A stretch of DNA of 64,000 nucleotides, taken from positions 1 to 64,000 of the forward strand of contig CAVZIA010000008.1 of NCBI GenBank assembly GCA_963775255.1, read 5' to 3'. This DNA is from an uncultured Thermoleophilia bacterium (GTDB lineage: Bacteria; Actinomycetota; Thermoleophilia; UBA2241). Shown here piece by piece: positions 9,559 to 18,941 of this stretch. The notes below the pieces were generated by a model. The model was not told the DNA's origin. It did no database searches and saw only the letters and a list, made by a program, of their open reading frames with translations. Position numbers and translations under genes: made by a program. How positions within the stretch are numbered: the first letter of the stretch is position 1; each line of letters begins with the position of its first letter.

Positions 9559-9603
9559 GAAGCCTCCCTCCGGCCGCACCCTCCGGCGCGGCCGTTCGAG
9601 ACG

Positions 9604-10944
9604 TCAGCTCAGGTGGTCCTCGATGAAGTGTGTGTTGACGTCGCCCGCCTTGAAGAGCGGGTGGTCGAGCACCAGGCGGTGGAACGGGATGACGGTCTTG
9701 ACGCCGTCCACGAGGAACTCATCAAGGGCCCAGCGAGCGCGCGCCAGACACTCCTCGCGGTCGCGCCCCCACACGATGAGCTTGCCGAGCAGACTGTCGT
9801 AGAACGGCGGCACCGTGTACCCCTGATACACGTGGCTGTCGAGGCGGACCCACGGTCCGCCCGGCGGGATCCACAGGGTGACGAGACCCGGCGACGGCAT
9901 GAAATTCTCGGCCGGGTCCTCCGCGTTGATGCGGAACTCGACGGCGTGGCCCTCTATGCGGATGTCGTCCTGCGTGAGCGGCAGGCCCTCGCCGGCGGCT
10001 ATGCGGATGCCGGTCTTGACGATGTCCACGCCGCTCACCATCTCGGTGACACAGTGCTCCACCTGGACGCGCGTGTTCATCTCCATGAAGTAGAAGCTCC
10101 CGTCGCTGTCGAGCAGGAACTCGACGGTGCCGGCGCCCTCGTAGTCGGCGGCGACGGCCGCGGCGACGGCCGCGTCGCCCATCTGCGCGCGCAGCTCGGG
10201 GCTGACGGCGGGCGACGGCGCCTCCTCGATGAGCTTCTGGTGGCGCCGCTGGATGCTGCAGTCGCGCTCGCCGAGATGGATGCCGTGGCCCTTGCCGTCG
10301 GCCAGGACCTGGATCTCGATGTGGCGCGGCGCGCCGATGTACTTCTCCACGTAGACGGCGCCGTTGCCGAACGCCGCCTCGGCCTCGGCCTGGGCCTGAC
10401 GCACGGCGCCGGCCAGCTCGGAGGCCTCGGTGGCGATGCGGATGCCCTTGCCGCCGCCGCCCGCCGACGCCTTGATCATCACCGGCAGGCCGATGTCACG
10501 GGCGACGACCTCGGCCTCGGCCGCACTCTCGATGATGCCTTCGGAGCCGGGGGTGACGGGGACGCCGGCGGCCGTCATCGTCGCCCGCGCCTGCGCCTTG
10601 TCGCCCATCAGCTCGATGCTCTCCGGCGAAGGGCCGACGAACTTGATGTCGTGCTCACGACACAGGCGGCTGAACTCCGCGCGCTCGGCAAGGAACCCGT
10701 AGCCGGGATGGATGGCGTCCGCACCGGTCTGCCGAGCCGCCTGGATGAGCGCCGGCATGACCAGGTAGCTCTGCGCCGCCGGCGCCGGCCCGATGCACAC
10801 GGCCTCGTCGGCGTAGGCCACATGGAGACAGTCGGCGTCGGCCTCGCTGTACACGGCCACGCTCCCCACACCGAGCTCGCGGCAGGCTCGGATGATGCGG
10901 ATGGCGATCTCGCCGCGATTGGCGATGAGGATCTTGCTGAACAC
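9604..10944 (-). CDS. accC: Biotin carboxylase (acetyl/acyl-CoA carboxylase subunit)
   Basis: 'FSKILIANRGEIAIRIIRAC', the ATP-grasp motif 'GGGGKGIR' and 'EMNTRVQVEHCVTE'. GTG start at 10944 preceded by AAGGGAG. No BCCP or carboxyltransferase gene is adjacent. Confidence 0.85.
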   Translation of the reverse strand: MFSKILIANRGEIAIRIIRACRELGVGSVAVYSEADADCLHVAYADEAVCIGPAPAAQSYLVMPALIQAARQTGADAIHPGYGFLAERAEFSRLCREHDIKFVGPSPESIELMGDKAQARATMTAAGVPVTPGSEGIIESAAEAEVVARDIGLPVMIKASAGGGGKGIRIATEASELAGAVRQAQAEAEAAFGNGAVYVEKYIGAPRHIEIQVLADGKGHGIHLGERDCSIQRRHQKLIEEAPSPAVSPELRAQMGDAAVAAAVAADYEGAGTVEFLLDSDGSFYFMEMNTRVQVEHCVTEMVSGVDIVKTGIRIAAGEGLPLTQDDIRIEGHAVEFRINAEDPAENFMPSPGLVTLWIPPGGPWVRLDSHVYQGYTVPPFYDSLLGKLIVWGRDREECLARARWALDEFLVDGVKTVIPFHRLVLDHPLFKAGDVNTHFIEDHLS

Positions 10945-11324
10945 GGGCGCTCCCTTGCTTCTCTTGAGGCCGCAGTATAGCCGACGGCGCTCCCTGCGGC
11001 CCGGCCTGTGGCGGCCGGCGGCATCGCGTCGGGACAGACAACGCTTTGCCGCCGCCGCGCCCTCAAGAGGGTCACCGCACTGCCGATAGGCAAGGTAAGA
11101 CTGGGCAGGACTACTCACCGGACTTCGGTCCGGCATCTCATCCTCTCTCTCAGCCGGGCCGGTCTCCTTCGTTCGACATACCGGACAGCCCGCATCCGGT
11201 GAAGGCCCCCGCCGGCCCGGCACTTTTTCCCCGGCGCATCATCCACCACGACCAGCGCCGAAGGACCTTCTGCCGACTTGCCGATACGCTAGACTGTGAG
11301 CGCACGACCCGGCGGGAGGTCCCT

Positions 11325-13367
11325 GTGCCGAAGCTTTCCACACGCACCCTGGCGATCATCGACGACGACACCGAGCTGCTGGCGGAGCTCGCGTCGGCGC
11401 TCGGCTCCGGGTACCACGTCACCACCAGCCTCGGAGATCCGGGCACTCTGCGCATCCTTCAGCAGGACCCTCCGGCCGCCATCGTGCTCGACCTCGACCT
11501 GGTCACGTTCGACGCCTTCGAGCTGCTTCGCCTCATCTCCGGCGACCCGCAGCTGCGCGAGACGCCGGTGCTGGTACTGTCCTCGGCGAGCGACTTCACC
11601 ACCTTCGAGCACGCGCACCGCGCCGGCGCTTCCGAGTACATCACCAAGCCGTTCTCACCAGACGATCTGCACATCAAGATCGACGCGCTGCTCGACGGCA
11701 GGCGGCGGCCCACGAACGGGCGCCTCAAGCTCGGCGACCTGCTGGTCGCCAGCGGCCTCGTCACCCGCGGTCAGCTCGACGCCGCGCTGACGCGGCAACA
11801 TGATGGCGGCGGCCGTCTCGGCGACCTGCTCGTGTCGGAGGGCCTCGTCACCGAGCAGGACATCGTCGCCGCAGTCGCCGGCCAGATGCACATCGGCGTC
11901 ATCGACCTCTCGCAGACGGCCCCCCAGCCGGCCGCCCTCGGGCTGCTGGCGCGCGACTTCATCGTCCGTCGCCGGCTCATCCCCATCAGCCTCGAGGAGA
12001 ACGGCAGCCTCGTGCTGGCCATGACCAACCCGCTCGACGTCATCTCCATCGACGAGGTGGGCATGCGCACCAAGCGCCGCGTCGTGCCCATGATCTGCAC
12101 CGAGAGCGGCTTCGACGAAGCGGTCGCCATCTACTTCAGCTCCCGCGGCAAGCTCAAGGACGCGCGCGATGAGGGCGAGGAGGGGGACGAGGGCACCGGG
12201 GCGATCGACGCCGACATCGTCGAGATCGTCGACTCCCTGCTCACAGACGCCGCCCACATGCACGCCTCGGACATCCACCTCGAGCCGTCCGAAGACGCCC
12301 TGCGCGTGCGCTGCCGCATCGACGGCGTGCTGCACGAGCTGCGTGAGTTCCCCAAGGACCTGCAGGCCGGCATCCTCAGTCGCATCAAGATCATGGGCAA
12401 CCTCAACATCGCCGAGCGGCGGCTGCCTCAGGACGGCCGCACCAGCTTCGAGTTGTCGAGCGGCGAGGGGGTCGACCTGCGACTCGCCTCCATCCCGAGC
12501 ATGTACGGCGAGAACATCACCATCCGTATCCTCGAGGTCTCGGCGCTGCCGCCCACGCTCGCGTCGCTGGGCCTCCTCGGAGACAACCTCATCCGCTTCG
12601 AGAAGGCGCTCAAGGCTCCCGAGGGCGGCATCGTCATCGTAGGGCCCACCGGGTCCGGCAAGTCCACCACCCTGTATACCACCCTCGAGCTCATCAAGAC
12701 GCCGCAACGCAAGGTCTACACGGTCGAGGACCCCATCGAGCGCAAGATCGACGGCATCATACAGTCGGAGGTCAAGCCGGCCATCGGGCTCACCTTCGCC
12801 CAGGCGCTGCGCGCCCTGGTGCGCGCCGACCCCGACGTGATCATGGTCGGCGAGATCCGCGACCTCGAGACGGCCAAGATGGCCGCCGACTCGGCCATCA
12901 CCGGCCACCAGGTCTTCAGCACCCTGCACACCAACGACGCCTCGTCCGCCGTCAACCGGCTCGTCGAGATGGGCGTGCCGCGCTACCTGGTCGCCGCCGC
13001 CTGGCGCTGCTTCGTCGCGCAGCGGCTGGTGCGCCGCCTGTGCCCCAGTTGCCGCAGCGAGGTGACGATGACCGATGCTCGCTGGCTCGAGCTCGGCCTC
13101 GGCGAGGCGCCGCGCAAACGGTTCAAGATCTGGGAGCCCGTGGGCTGCGCCAAGTGCTTCGGCACCGGGTACCGCGGCCGGATCGGGCTCTATGAGGTTC
13201 TCACCATCGACGACGACCTGCGCGACCTTATCGCCACGGGCGGCAGCGTGCTCGAGATCCAGCGGGCCGCCCGCGCCAAGGGCGTCTCCTCGCTGCGAGA
13301 GGACGGCATCACCAAGGTCCTCGAGGGCAGCACCAGCTACCTCGAGCTGGTCCGCGTCACCATCTGA
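11325..13367 (+). CDS. Response-regulator receiver domain fused to a GspE/PilB-type secretion ATPase (T2SS-E N-terminal domains plus Walker ATPase)
   Basis: REC domain 'LAIIDDDTELL...LDLDL...TPVLVLSSASD...YITKPF'. Two GspE-N-like segments follow ('LGDLLVASGLVTRGQLDAAL', 'LGDLLVSEGLVTEQDIVAAVA'). The ATPase core carries Walker A 'GPTGSGKSTT', an Asp box, a His box and a C-terminal CxxC...CxxC. GTG start at 11325 preceded by GGGAGG. Confidence 0.8.
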   Translation: MPKLSTRTLAIIDDDTELLAELASALGSGYHVTTSLGDPGTLRILQQDPPAAIVLDLDLVTFDAFELLRLISGDPQLRETPVLVLSSASDFTTFEHAHRAGASEYITKPFSPDDLHIKIDALLDGRRRPTNGRLKLGDLLVASGLVTRGQLDAALTRQHDGGGRLGDLLVSEGLVTEQDIVAAVAGQMHIGVIDLSQTAPQPAALGLLARDFIVRRRLIPISLEENGSLVLAMTNPLDVISIDEVGMRTKRRVVPMICTESGFDEAVAIYFSSRGKLKDARDEGEEGDEGTGAIDADIVEIVDSLLTDAAHMHASDIHLEPSEDALRVRCRIDGVLHELREFPKDLQAGILSRIKIMGNLNIAERRLPQDGRTSFELSSGEGVDLRLASIPSMYGENITIRILEVSALPPTLASLGLLGDNLIRFEKALKAPEGGIVIVGPTGSGKSTTLYTTLELIKTPQRKVYTVEDPIERKIDGIIQSEVKPAIGLTFAQALRALVRADPDVIMVGEIRDLETAKMAADSAITGHQVFSTLHTNDASSAVNRLVEMGVPRYLVAAAWRCFVAQRLVRRLCPSCRSEVTMTDARWLELGLGEAPRKRFKIWEPVGCAKCFGTGYRGRIGLYEVLTIDDDLRDLIATGGSVLEIQRAARAKGVSSLREDGITKVLEGSTSYLELVRVTI

Positions 13368-13381
13368 CTCCACCGCGCCGC

Positions 13382-13401
13382 CGTCGCCCGCATTGGCGAC
13401 G
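13382..13401 (+). terminator. Hairpin CGTCGCC-cgcatt-GGCGACG after the REC-GspE gene
   Basis: 7-bp perfect inverted repeat, 15 nt after the stop codon. Confidence 0.3.
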
Positions 13402-13608
13402 CGTTGGGCCGTGGCCTAGACGCGTGTTCTATCCGCACCCGCCGGCTCGTACCCGATTGTTGGAACAGGAGACCGGAAGACTCTGAGAGAGAGATGGCCT
13501 TCCAAGTCGACCTCGACATTGGCCGGCGGCGCAAAGCGGGGGCTTGCGCCGTCGGCCTGCACGTACGTCTCGTCCGGTCCGGACGCCCTTCGCCGGTCCA
13601 GACCGGGG

Positions 13609-14913
13609 TCAGCCCGGCCGGTTGTCGACGACGCGCCGGGCCTTGCCTTCGCTGCGCTCGAGCGTGCCCGGCTCCACGAGCTTGACCTTCGGCCGCACCA
13701 GCAGCGCCGAGCGGAGTTCCTCGGTGACTCGGCGCTCGAACGTGCGCAGGTCGTCCAGCCAGCCGTCGAACAGCGTGTCGGTGACCTCGACGTGCACCTC
13801 AAAGGTGTCCAGGCCGCCCGCAGAACGCCCCAGCACGATCTGGTAGAACGGCTCGATCCCTTCGATCTGGAAGAGCACGCTCTCCACGTGCGAGGGGAAG
13901 ATGTTGACGCCGCTGATGATGAACATGTCGTCGGTGCGGCCCACCACCTTGCCCATGCGCGCGGTGGTGCGCCCGCAAGCGCACGGCTCACGAGTGAGTG
14001 TGGTGAGGTCGCGCGTCCGATAGCGGAGCACCGGCGAGCACTCGCGCGTGAGCGCCGTGACGACCAGTTCGCCAACCTCGCCTTCGCCCACGGGCTCGCC
14101 CGTGACCGGGTCCAGGCACTCGGCGATGAAATGGTCCTCGGAGATGTGCATGCCGCTGCGGCACTCGCACTCCCCCGCCACACCCGGACCCGTGAGCTCG
14201 GTGAGTCCGTAGTTGTCGGTCGCCCGTATCGGCAGCCGCTCCTCGATGCGCACGCGCGCCTCCTCGCTGCAGGTCTCGGCGCCGAACATGCCCAGGCGCA
14301 ACCGCAGCTTGCTGCGGTCGGTGTGCAGCTTGTCGACGGCCTCGCCCAGGTACAGGGCGTAGGAAGGCGTGGCGATCAGGATCGTCGTGCCGAAGTCCTT
14401 CATGACCTTGAGCTGGCGCGCCGTGTTGCCGGCGCTGATAGGCACGACGGCGACCCCGGCGCGCTGCAGGCCGTAATGCAGGCCGAACCCGCCGGTGAAC
14501 ATGCCGTAGCCGAAGGCGATCTGGGCCACGTCGCCCGGGTGCGCCCCGACGGCGACCGCGAGGCGGCAGACGAGCTCCGTCCAGGTGTCGAGGTCGGCCT
14601 TCGTGTAGCCGCCGACCACCGCCTTGCCGGTCGTGCCAGACGAGGAGTGGATCTCGACCACCTCGTCGAGCGGCACCGCGAACAGGCCGTACGGGTAGTG
14701 GTCGCGAAAGTCGTTCTTCTCGGTGAAGGGAAGCCGGCCGAGATCGGCGAGGCTCGTCACGTCTCCGGGAGCGAAGCCGGAGGCGTCGAGGGCAGTCCGG
14801 TAGAACGGGACCTTGTCGTACACTCGGGCGAGCACACCGCGGAGGCGCTCCAGCTGAAGCTCCTCCAGACGCTCGCGGTCCATGGTCTCGTGCTGCGGGT
14901 CCCAGATGGCCAT
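13609..14913 (-). CDS. paaK: Phenylacetate--CoA ligase
   Basis: 'IHSSSGTTGK' AMP-binding P-loop, 'YGLTE' and 'GRTDDMFIISGVNIFP' are typical of PaaK. Start at 'MAIWDPQHETMDRE' (cat 14911-14913). Confidence 0.8.
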   Translation of the reverse strand: MAIWDPQHETMDRERLEELQLERLRGVLARVYDKVPFYRTALDASGFAPGDVTSLADLGRLPFTEKNDFRDHYPYGLFAVPLDEVVEIHSSSGTTGKAVVGGYTKADLDTWTELVCRLAVAVGAHPGDVAQIAFGYGMFTGGFGLHYGLQRAGVAVVPISAGNTARQLKVMKDFGTTILIATPSYALYLGEAVDKLHTDRSKLRLRLGMFGAETCSEEARVRIEERLPIRATDNYGLTELTGPGVAGECECRSGMHISEDHFIAECLDPVTGEPVGEGEVGELVVTALTRECSPVLRYRTRDLTTLTREPCACGRTTARMGKVVGRTDDMFIISGVNIFPSHVESVLFQIEGIEPFYQIVLGRSAGGLDTFEVHVEVTDTLFDGWLDDLRTFERRVTEELRSALLVRPKVKLVEPGTLERSEGKARRVVDNRPG

Positions 14914-14978
14914 CGCTCTCTCGCTTGATCGCTGCCGGTGCGCGAGCAATCATAACCGCCGAGTCCGGGGTCGCCGCG

Positions 14979-14997
14979 ATATACCCCCGGTGGGTAT
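14979..14997 (+). promoter_or_regulatory. CsoR-type operator-like inverted repeat ATATACCCCCGGTGGGTAT, 75 bp upstream of copA
   Basis: ATACCC / GGGTAT arms around a GC-rich centre, recalled as resembling copper-repressor (CsoR) operators of Gram-positive bacteria. No csoR-sized gene is adjacent. Confidence 0.35.
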
Positions 14998-15071
14998 CAT
15001 CAGTTTGAGCACGGGAAGACCCTCAACGGCGAAGTGCGCATTCGCCGCCCCCGAACGACCCCCGGAGCGAC

Positions 15072-17549
15072 ATGAGCGACCACGAGACCACCATCGAACT
15101 GCCGGTCACCGGCATGACCTGCGCGAGTTGCGTCGCGAGGGTCGAGCGCGCCATCGGCAAGTCCGACGGCGTCGACAAGGCGAACGTCAACCTGGCGACC
15201 GAGAAGGCGACCGTGACGTTCGACCCCGGAGAGGTCTCGACCGGCGACCTGGTCGCCGTCATCGAAGGCGCCGGCTACGGAGTGGTGACCGCGCAGGAGA
15301 CGCTGCCGATCATCGGCATGACCTGCGCGAGCTGCGTGAGCCGGGTGGAGAAGGCCCTCCGCAACCCGCCCGGCGTCCTCAAGGCCGACGTGAACCTGGC
15401 CACGGAGAAGGCCACGGTGACCTACATCCCCGGCCAGGCCGGCTACCGGGACCTCGTGGAGGCGGTACGCGGCGCCGGCTACGACGTCGTGGAGCCGGAG
15501 CCGGGCTCCGGCGAGGCGAACGTCGAGGCGGCGGCGGACGCCGAAGAGACGGCCCGCGCCGCCGCCTACCGGAAGCTCAAGCTGAAAGTCACCGTCGGCT
15601 TCGTGCTCAGCGCCGTCATCTTTGCCGGCACGATGCAGATGCGCTGGTTCACGTTCCTGCCGTCGTGGATGAACGACGGCTACTTCCTCTGGGCACTCGC
15701 CAGCGTCGTGCAGTTCTGGGTGGGCCGGCAGTTCTACACCACCGCCTGGTCGGCGCTGAAGCACGGCACGACGACCATGAACACGCTCGTCGCCATGGGC
15801 TCCTCGGCGGCGTACATCTACAGCGTGGTGGGCGTCCTCTTCCCCGGCCTGTTCGAGCACCAGGGCATGAGCGTGCCCATGTACTTCGACTCCGCCGCCT
15901 TCATCATCACGCTGATCCTGATGGGACGCCTGCTCGAGGCGCGCGCCAAGGGGCAGACCGGAGCGGCCATCAAGGCCCTCATCGGCCTGCAGCCCAAGAC
16001 GGCGCGCGTCATCCGCGGCGGCTCCGAGACCGACGTGCCCGTCGCCCAGGTGCTGGTCGGCGACCTCGTCGTCGTGCGCCCGGGCGAGAGGGTGCCGGTA
16101 GACGGGGTCCTCGAGGAGGGCGGCTCGCCGGTGGACGAGAGCATGCTCACCGGCGAACCGATCCCCGTGGGCAAGCACCCGGGCGACGAGGTCATCGGCG
16201 CGACCATGAACACCACCGGCTCGTTCACCTTCCGCGCCACCAAGGTCGGCAGCGAGACGGCGTTGGCGCAGATCGTGCGCCTCGTCGAGCAGGCACAGGG
16301 TTCCAAGCCGCCGATCGCGCGGCTGGCCGACGTGATCGCCGCGTGGTTCGTGCCGGCGGTCATCATCATCGCGACCGTCACGCTCGTCGTGTGGCTCGTG
16401 TTCGGGCCGTCGCCGGCGCTCAACTACGCGCTGCTCAATTTCGTCGCCGTGCTCGTGATCGCGTGCCCGTGCGCGCTCGGGCTGGCGACGCCGACGGCGA
16501 TCATGGTCGGCACCGGCAAGGGCGCCGAGAACGGCGTGCTCATCCGCGACGGCGCGGCGCTCGAAACGGCGCACAAGCTCGACGTCGTGGTGCTCGACAA
16601 GACGGGCACCATCACCGAGGGCAAGCCGCGCGTGACGGACGTGGTGCTGTTCGGCTCCGGCGACGGCAGCGACGCCGGACACGGCGCGCACCTGGACAAC
16701 GCCGGCCTGCTGCGCCTCGTGGCCGGCGCCGAGCGCGGCAGCGAGCATCCGCTGGCGGTGGCGGTCCTGGCCGAGGCGCAGGAGCGCGGCCTGGACGTCC
16801 CGGCGGCGAAGGACTTCGAGGCCATCGCCGGCCACGGCATCCGCGCCCGGGTCGACGGCCACACCGTGGTCGCCGGCAACGAGCGGCTCGCCGGACGCCC
16901 GGGCGAGCGGGCCGCGGCGCTCGCCGGGCAGGGCAAGACCGTCGTCACCGTCGCGGTGGACGACGAGCCGGTCGGGGCTATCGCCATCGCCGACACGGTC
17001 AAGCCGGGCTCGGCGGCGGCGGTGACTCGCCTCAAGCAGCTCGGCCTCGAGGTCGTCATGCTGACCGGCGACCAGGCGGCGACCGCAAGGGCGATCGCCG
17101 CCCAGGTCGGCATCGAGCGTGTGGTCGCCGAGGTGCTGCCCGAGCAGAAGGCATCAGAAGTGGCAGCCCTGCAGCGCGACGGCCGCCGCGTGGCCATGGT
17201 CGGTGACGGCATCAACGACGCGCCGGCGCTCGCCCAGGCCGACGTCGGCATCGCCATCGGCACGGGCACCGACGTGGCCATGGAGGCGAGCGATGTGACG
17301 CTCATGTCGGGCGACGTCGGCGGCGTGGCGACGGCGGTGGAGCTCTCACGGGCGACCATCCGCACCGTCAAGCAGAACCTCTTCTGGGCGTTCGCCTACA
17401 ACGTCGCCCTGATCCCGCTCGCGGCAGGCGCGTTCTACCCGGCGTTCGGGATCCTGCTCAACCCGATCTACGCGGCGGCGGCGATGGGCCTGAGCAGTGT
17501 GACCGTGGTGAGCAACAGCCTGCGGCTGCGGGGGTTCAAGCCGGACTGA
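15072..17549 (+). CDS. copA: Copper-translocating P-type ATPase with two N-terminal heavy-metal-associated domains
   Basis: Two 'GMTCASCV' HMA motifs; 'CPC' transmembrane metal site; 'DKTGTIT' phosphorylation motif; 'GDGINDAP' hinge. Confidence 0.9.
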   Translation: MSDHETTIELPVTGMTCASCVARVERAIGKSDGVDKANVNLATEKATVTFDPGEVSTGDLVAVIEGAGYGVVTAQETLPIIGMTCASCVSRVEKALRNPPGVLKADVNLATEKATVTYIPGQAGYRDLVEAVRGAGYDVVEPEPGSGEANVEAAADAEETARAAAYRKLKLKVTVGFVLSAVIFAGTMQMRWFTFLPSWMNDGYFLWALASVVQFWVGRQFYTTAWSALKHGTTTMNTLVAMGSSAAYIYSVVGVLFPGLFEHQGMSVPMYFDSAAFIITLILMGRLLEARAKGQTGAAIKALIGLQPKTARVIRGGSETDVPVAQVLVGDLVVVRPGERVPVDGVLEEGGSPVDESMLTGEPIPVGKHPGDEVIGATMNTTGSFTFRATKVGSETALAQIVRLVEQAQGSKPPIARLADVIAAWFVPAVIIIATVTLVVWLVFGPSPALNYALLNFVAVLVIACPCALGLATPTAIMVGTGKGAENGVLIRDGAALETAHKLDVVVLDKTGTITEGKPRVTDVVLFGSGDGSDAGHGAHLDNAGLLRLVAGAERGSEHPLAVAVLAEAQERGLDVPAAKDFEAIAGHGIRARVDGHTVVAGNERLAGRPGERAAALAGQGKTVVTVAVDDEPVGAIAIADTVKPGSAAAVTRLKQLGLEVVMLTGDQAATARAIAAQVGIERVVAEVLPEQKASEVAALQRDGRRVAMVGDGINDAPALAQADVGIAIGTGTDVAMEASDVTLMSGDVGGVATAVELSRATIRTVKQNLFWAFAYNVALIPLAAGAFYPAFGILLNPIYAAAAMGLSSVTVVSNSLRLRGFKPD

Positions 17550-17552
17550 TGC

Positions 17553-17704
17553 CCATAGGCCCCGCAGGCGCCGTAGTGCTATTGAGCGGGCGCCGGCCCG
17601 AAGGGTCCCGCGGCGCACGGACTAATTCCCGTAAGCCCCGAAGGCGCCGTAGTGCTATTGAGCGGGCGCCGGCCCGAAGGGCCCCGCGGCGCACAGACTG
17701 AGCC
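17553..17704. repeat. Two tandem copies of a ~76-bp GC-rich structured repeat (core ...CCCGCAGGCGCCGTAGTGCTATTGAGCGGGCGCCGGCCCGAAGGG...)
   Basis: 17553-17628 and 17629-17704 are about 90% identical. Each contains internal inverted repeats (GGCGCCG...CGGGCGCC; GGCCC-gaa-GGGCC). A third, inverted copy lies at 54240-54300. Confidence 0.6.
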
Positions 17705-17715
17705 CGTACGCGCGA

Positions 17716-17748
17716 GAGGGGCGGTGCCGACCACTGGAACCGCCCCTC
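17716..17748 (-). terminator. Hairpin GAGGGGCGGT-N13-ACCGCCCCTC
   Basis: Perfect 10-bp inverted repeat directly downstream (on the minus strand) of the candidate small ORF at 17797-17868. Confidence 0.4.
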
Positions 17749-17796
17749 CCGGGTGGCGACGATGCGCTGTCAGTCGCTCCGTTCATCGTCCGCCGC

Positions 17797-17868
17797 GATC
17801 ACTTGCGGCGCTTGCCGTAGCGATCTTCCTGCTTCACTCGCGTCTTGTTGAAGTGCACAGGTCCCATG
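17797..17868 (-). CDS. Candidate 22-aa highly basic peptide ORF (MGPVHFNKTRVKQEDRYGKRRK)
   Basis: ATG preceded by a very strong SD (GAGGGAGGTGAgacc) and followed by a 10-bp-stem hairpin. Too short for the ORF track and no homolog is recognised. It sits in a 560-bp intergenic stretch with locally AT-rich flanks. Confidence 0.2.
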
Positions 17869-18109
17869 GTCTCACCTCCCTCTCATCTCGGCGTGTACGT
17901 GGATTCTTGCCTGTCTCCTATCAAAATAAACGTTGCTTGTGAATGCCTGCACTTACTTCCTTCCACCGGGAACGCTCTCGCCACCGGCCAATTGGGACAA
18001 CTTCCGTAGTGAATATCCGTTCGTGCGTCCATTGTGAGCGCCGACGGCCCGATGCGAGGATGGGTGCGGAGGGGGCCCCGCCACGGCATCCGGCACCCCC
18101 ACGCACAGC

Positions 18110-18793
18110 TTGGGAAAGGTCAAAATGCTCCACGTTCTCGACCGCCACGCCATCGGCCAGATCCTGCGGACCAAAGAAGTCGACGCCTGGGGCGTCGCCG
18201 CCAACGAGCCGCAGCTGCCCGACGCGCCGGACTACCCGATCGCGATCTCCATGCTCATGCGGCTCGACCCGCTGGTCGTGCGCGGTCTCAAGCACGGCCC
18301 GACGCTCGACTACCAGCAGGAGTACTTCCGCGTGAACATAGCGCTCGACGACGCCACGGGCACACTGGTCGACGTTCTGCAGGTGCACGGCCACCGAGCC
18401 GAGCGGGTGCAGGCCACCTTCGACACGTCCAACGGTGTCAGGCCGTTCCCGCACAAGACGGCGGCTACCTCGGCGGGCCTCGGGTGGATCGGCAAGACGG
18501 CCCTCTTCGTCTCGCCGCAGTTCGGCCCGGCGGTGCGTCTGGCCACCGTCTTCACCGACCTGGAACTGCCGGCCGGCGAGCCCGTCGTGACGAGCGGCTG
18601 CGGCGGCTGCCGGGAGTGCGTCGACGCGTGCCCGGCCGGCTGCGGCCGCGACGTCGTCTGGCGGCCCGGCATGGCGCGCGAGGAGCTGTTCGACGCCGGC
18701 GCCTGCCGCCACCACATGACCAGCTTCACGAGCGTTGAGGCGGAGATCTGCGGTATCTGCATCGCCGCCTGCCCGTTTTCCCTGCGGCACTGA
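18110..18793 (+). CDS. 4Fe-4S ferredoxin-domain protein related to the epoxyqueuosine-reductase (QueG) core
   Basis: 'SAGLGWIGKTALFVSPQFGPAVRLATVFTDLELP' resembles the QueG core. Two Cys clusters follow ('CGGCRECVDACPAGC', 'CGICIAACP'). It is shorter than canonical QueG. The true start may be the internal ATG at 18125. Confidence 0.5.
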   Translation: MGKVKMLHVLDRHAIGQILRTKEVDAWGVAANEPQLPDAPDYPIAISMLMRLDPLVVRGLKHGPTLDYQQEYFRVNIALDDATGTLVDVLQVHGHRAERVQATFDTSNGVRPFPHKTAATSAGLGWIGKTALFVSPQFGPAVRLATVFTDLELPAGEPVVTSGCGGCRECVDACPAGCGRDVVWRPGMAREELFDAGACRHHMTSFTSVEAEICGICIAACPFSLRH

Positions 18794-18905
18794 TCCGGCG
18801 TCCCGCGCCGGACCGTCGCTCCACCCGCTGAACCCGCCGACCCGCTGAACCCGCCCCGGGCGGTCTTGTCCGGCGAGCGGGGACATGCTACCCTCCGCTT
18901 CTTAC

Positions 18906-18920
18906 TGAAAGTGGTTTTCA
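18906..18920 (+). promoter_or_regulatory. Zur box (TGAAAGTGGTTTTCA) upstream of zur-znuACB
   Basis: Matches the actinobacterial Zur-box palindrome TGAAAnnnnnTTTCA, 22 nt upstream of the zur GTG start. Confidence 0.6.
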
Positions 18921-18941
18921 GTTGCAGAAAGAAGGTCCCCC

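Noticed and set aside
9328-10980. 550-aa + strand ORF
   Set aside because: Antisense to accC; no motifs; typical high-GC shadow ORF.
13519-14953. 469-aa + ORF and 321-aa - ORF overlapping paaK
   Set aside because: Alternative frames of the PaaK locus; only the 13609..14913 minus frame has AMP-ligase motifs.
15000-16862. 620-aa - strand ORF and the 14882..17206 + ORF
   Set aside because: Antisense or out-of-frame relative to copA, with Arg/Gly/Asp low-complexity composition.
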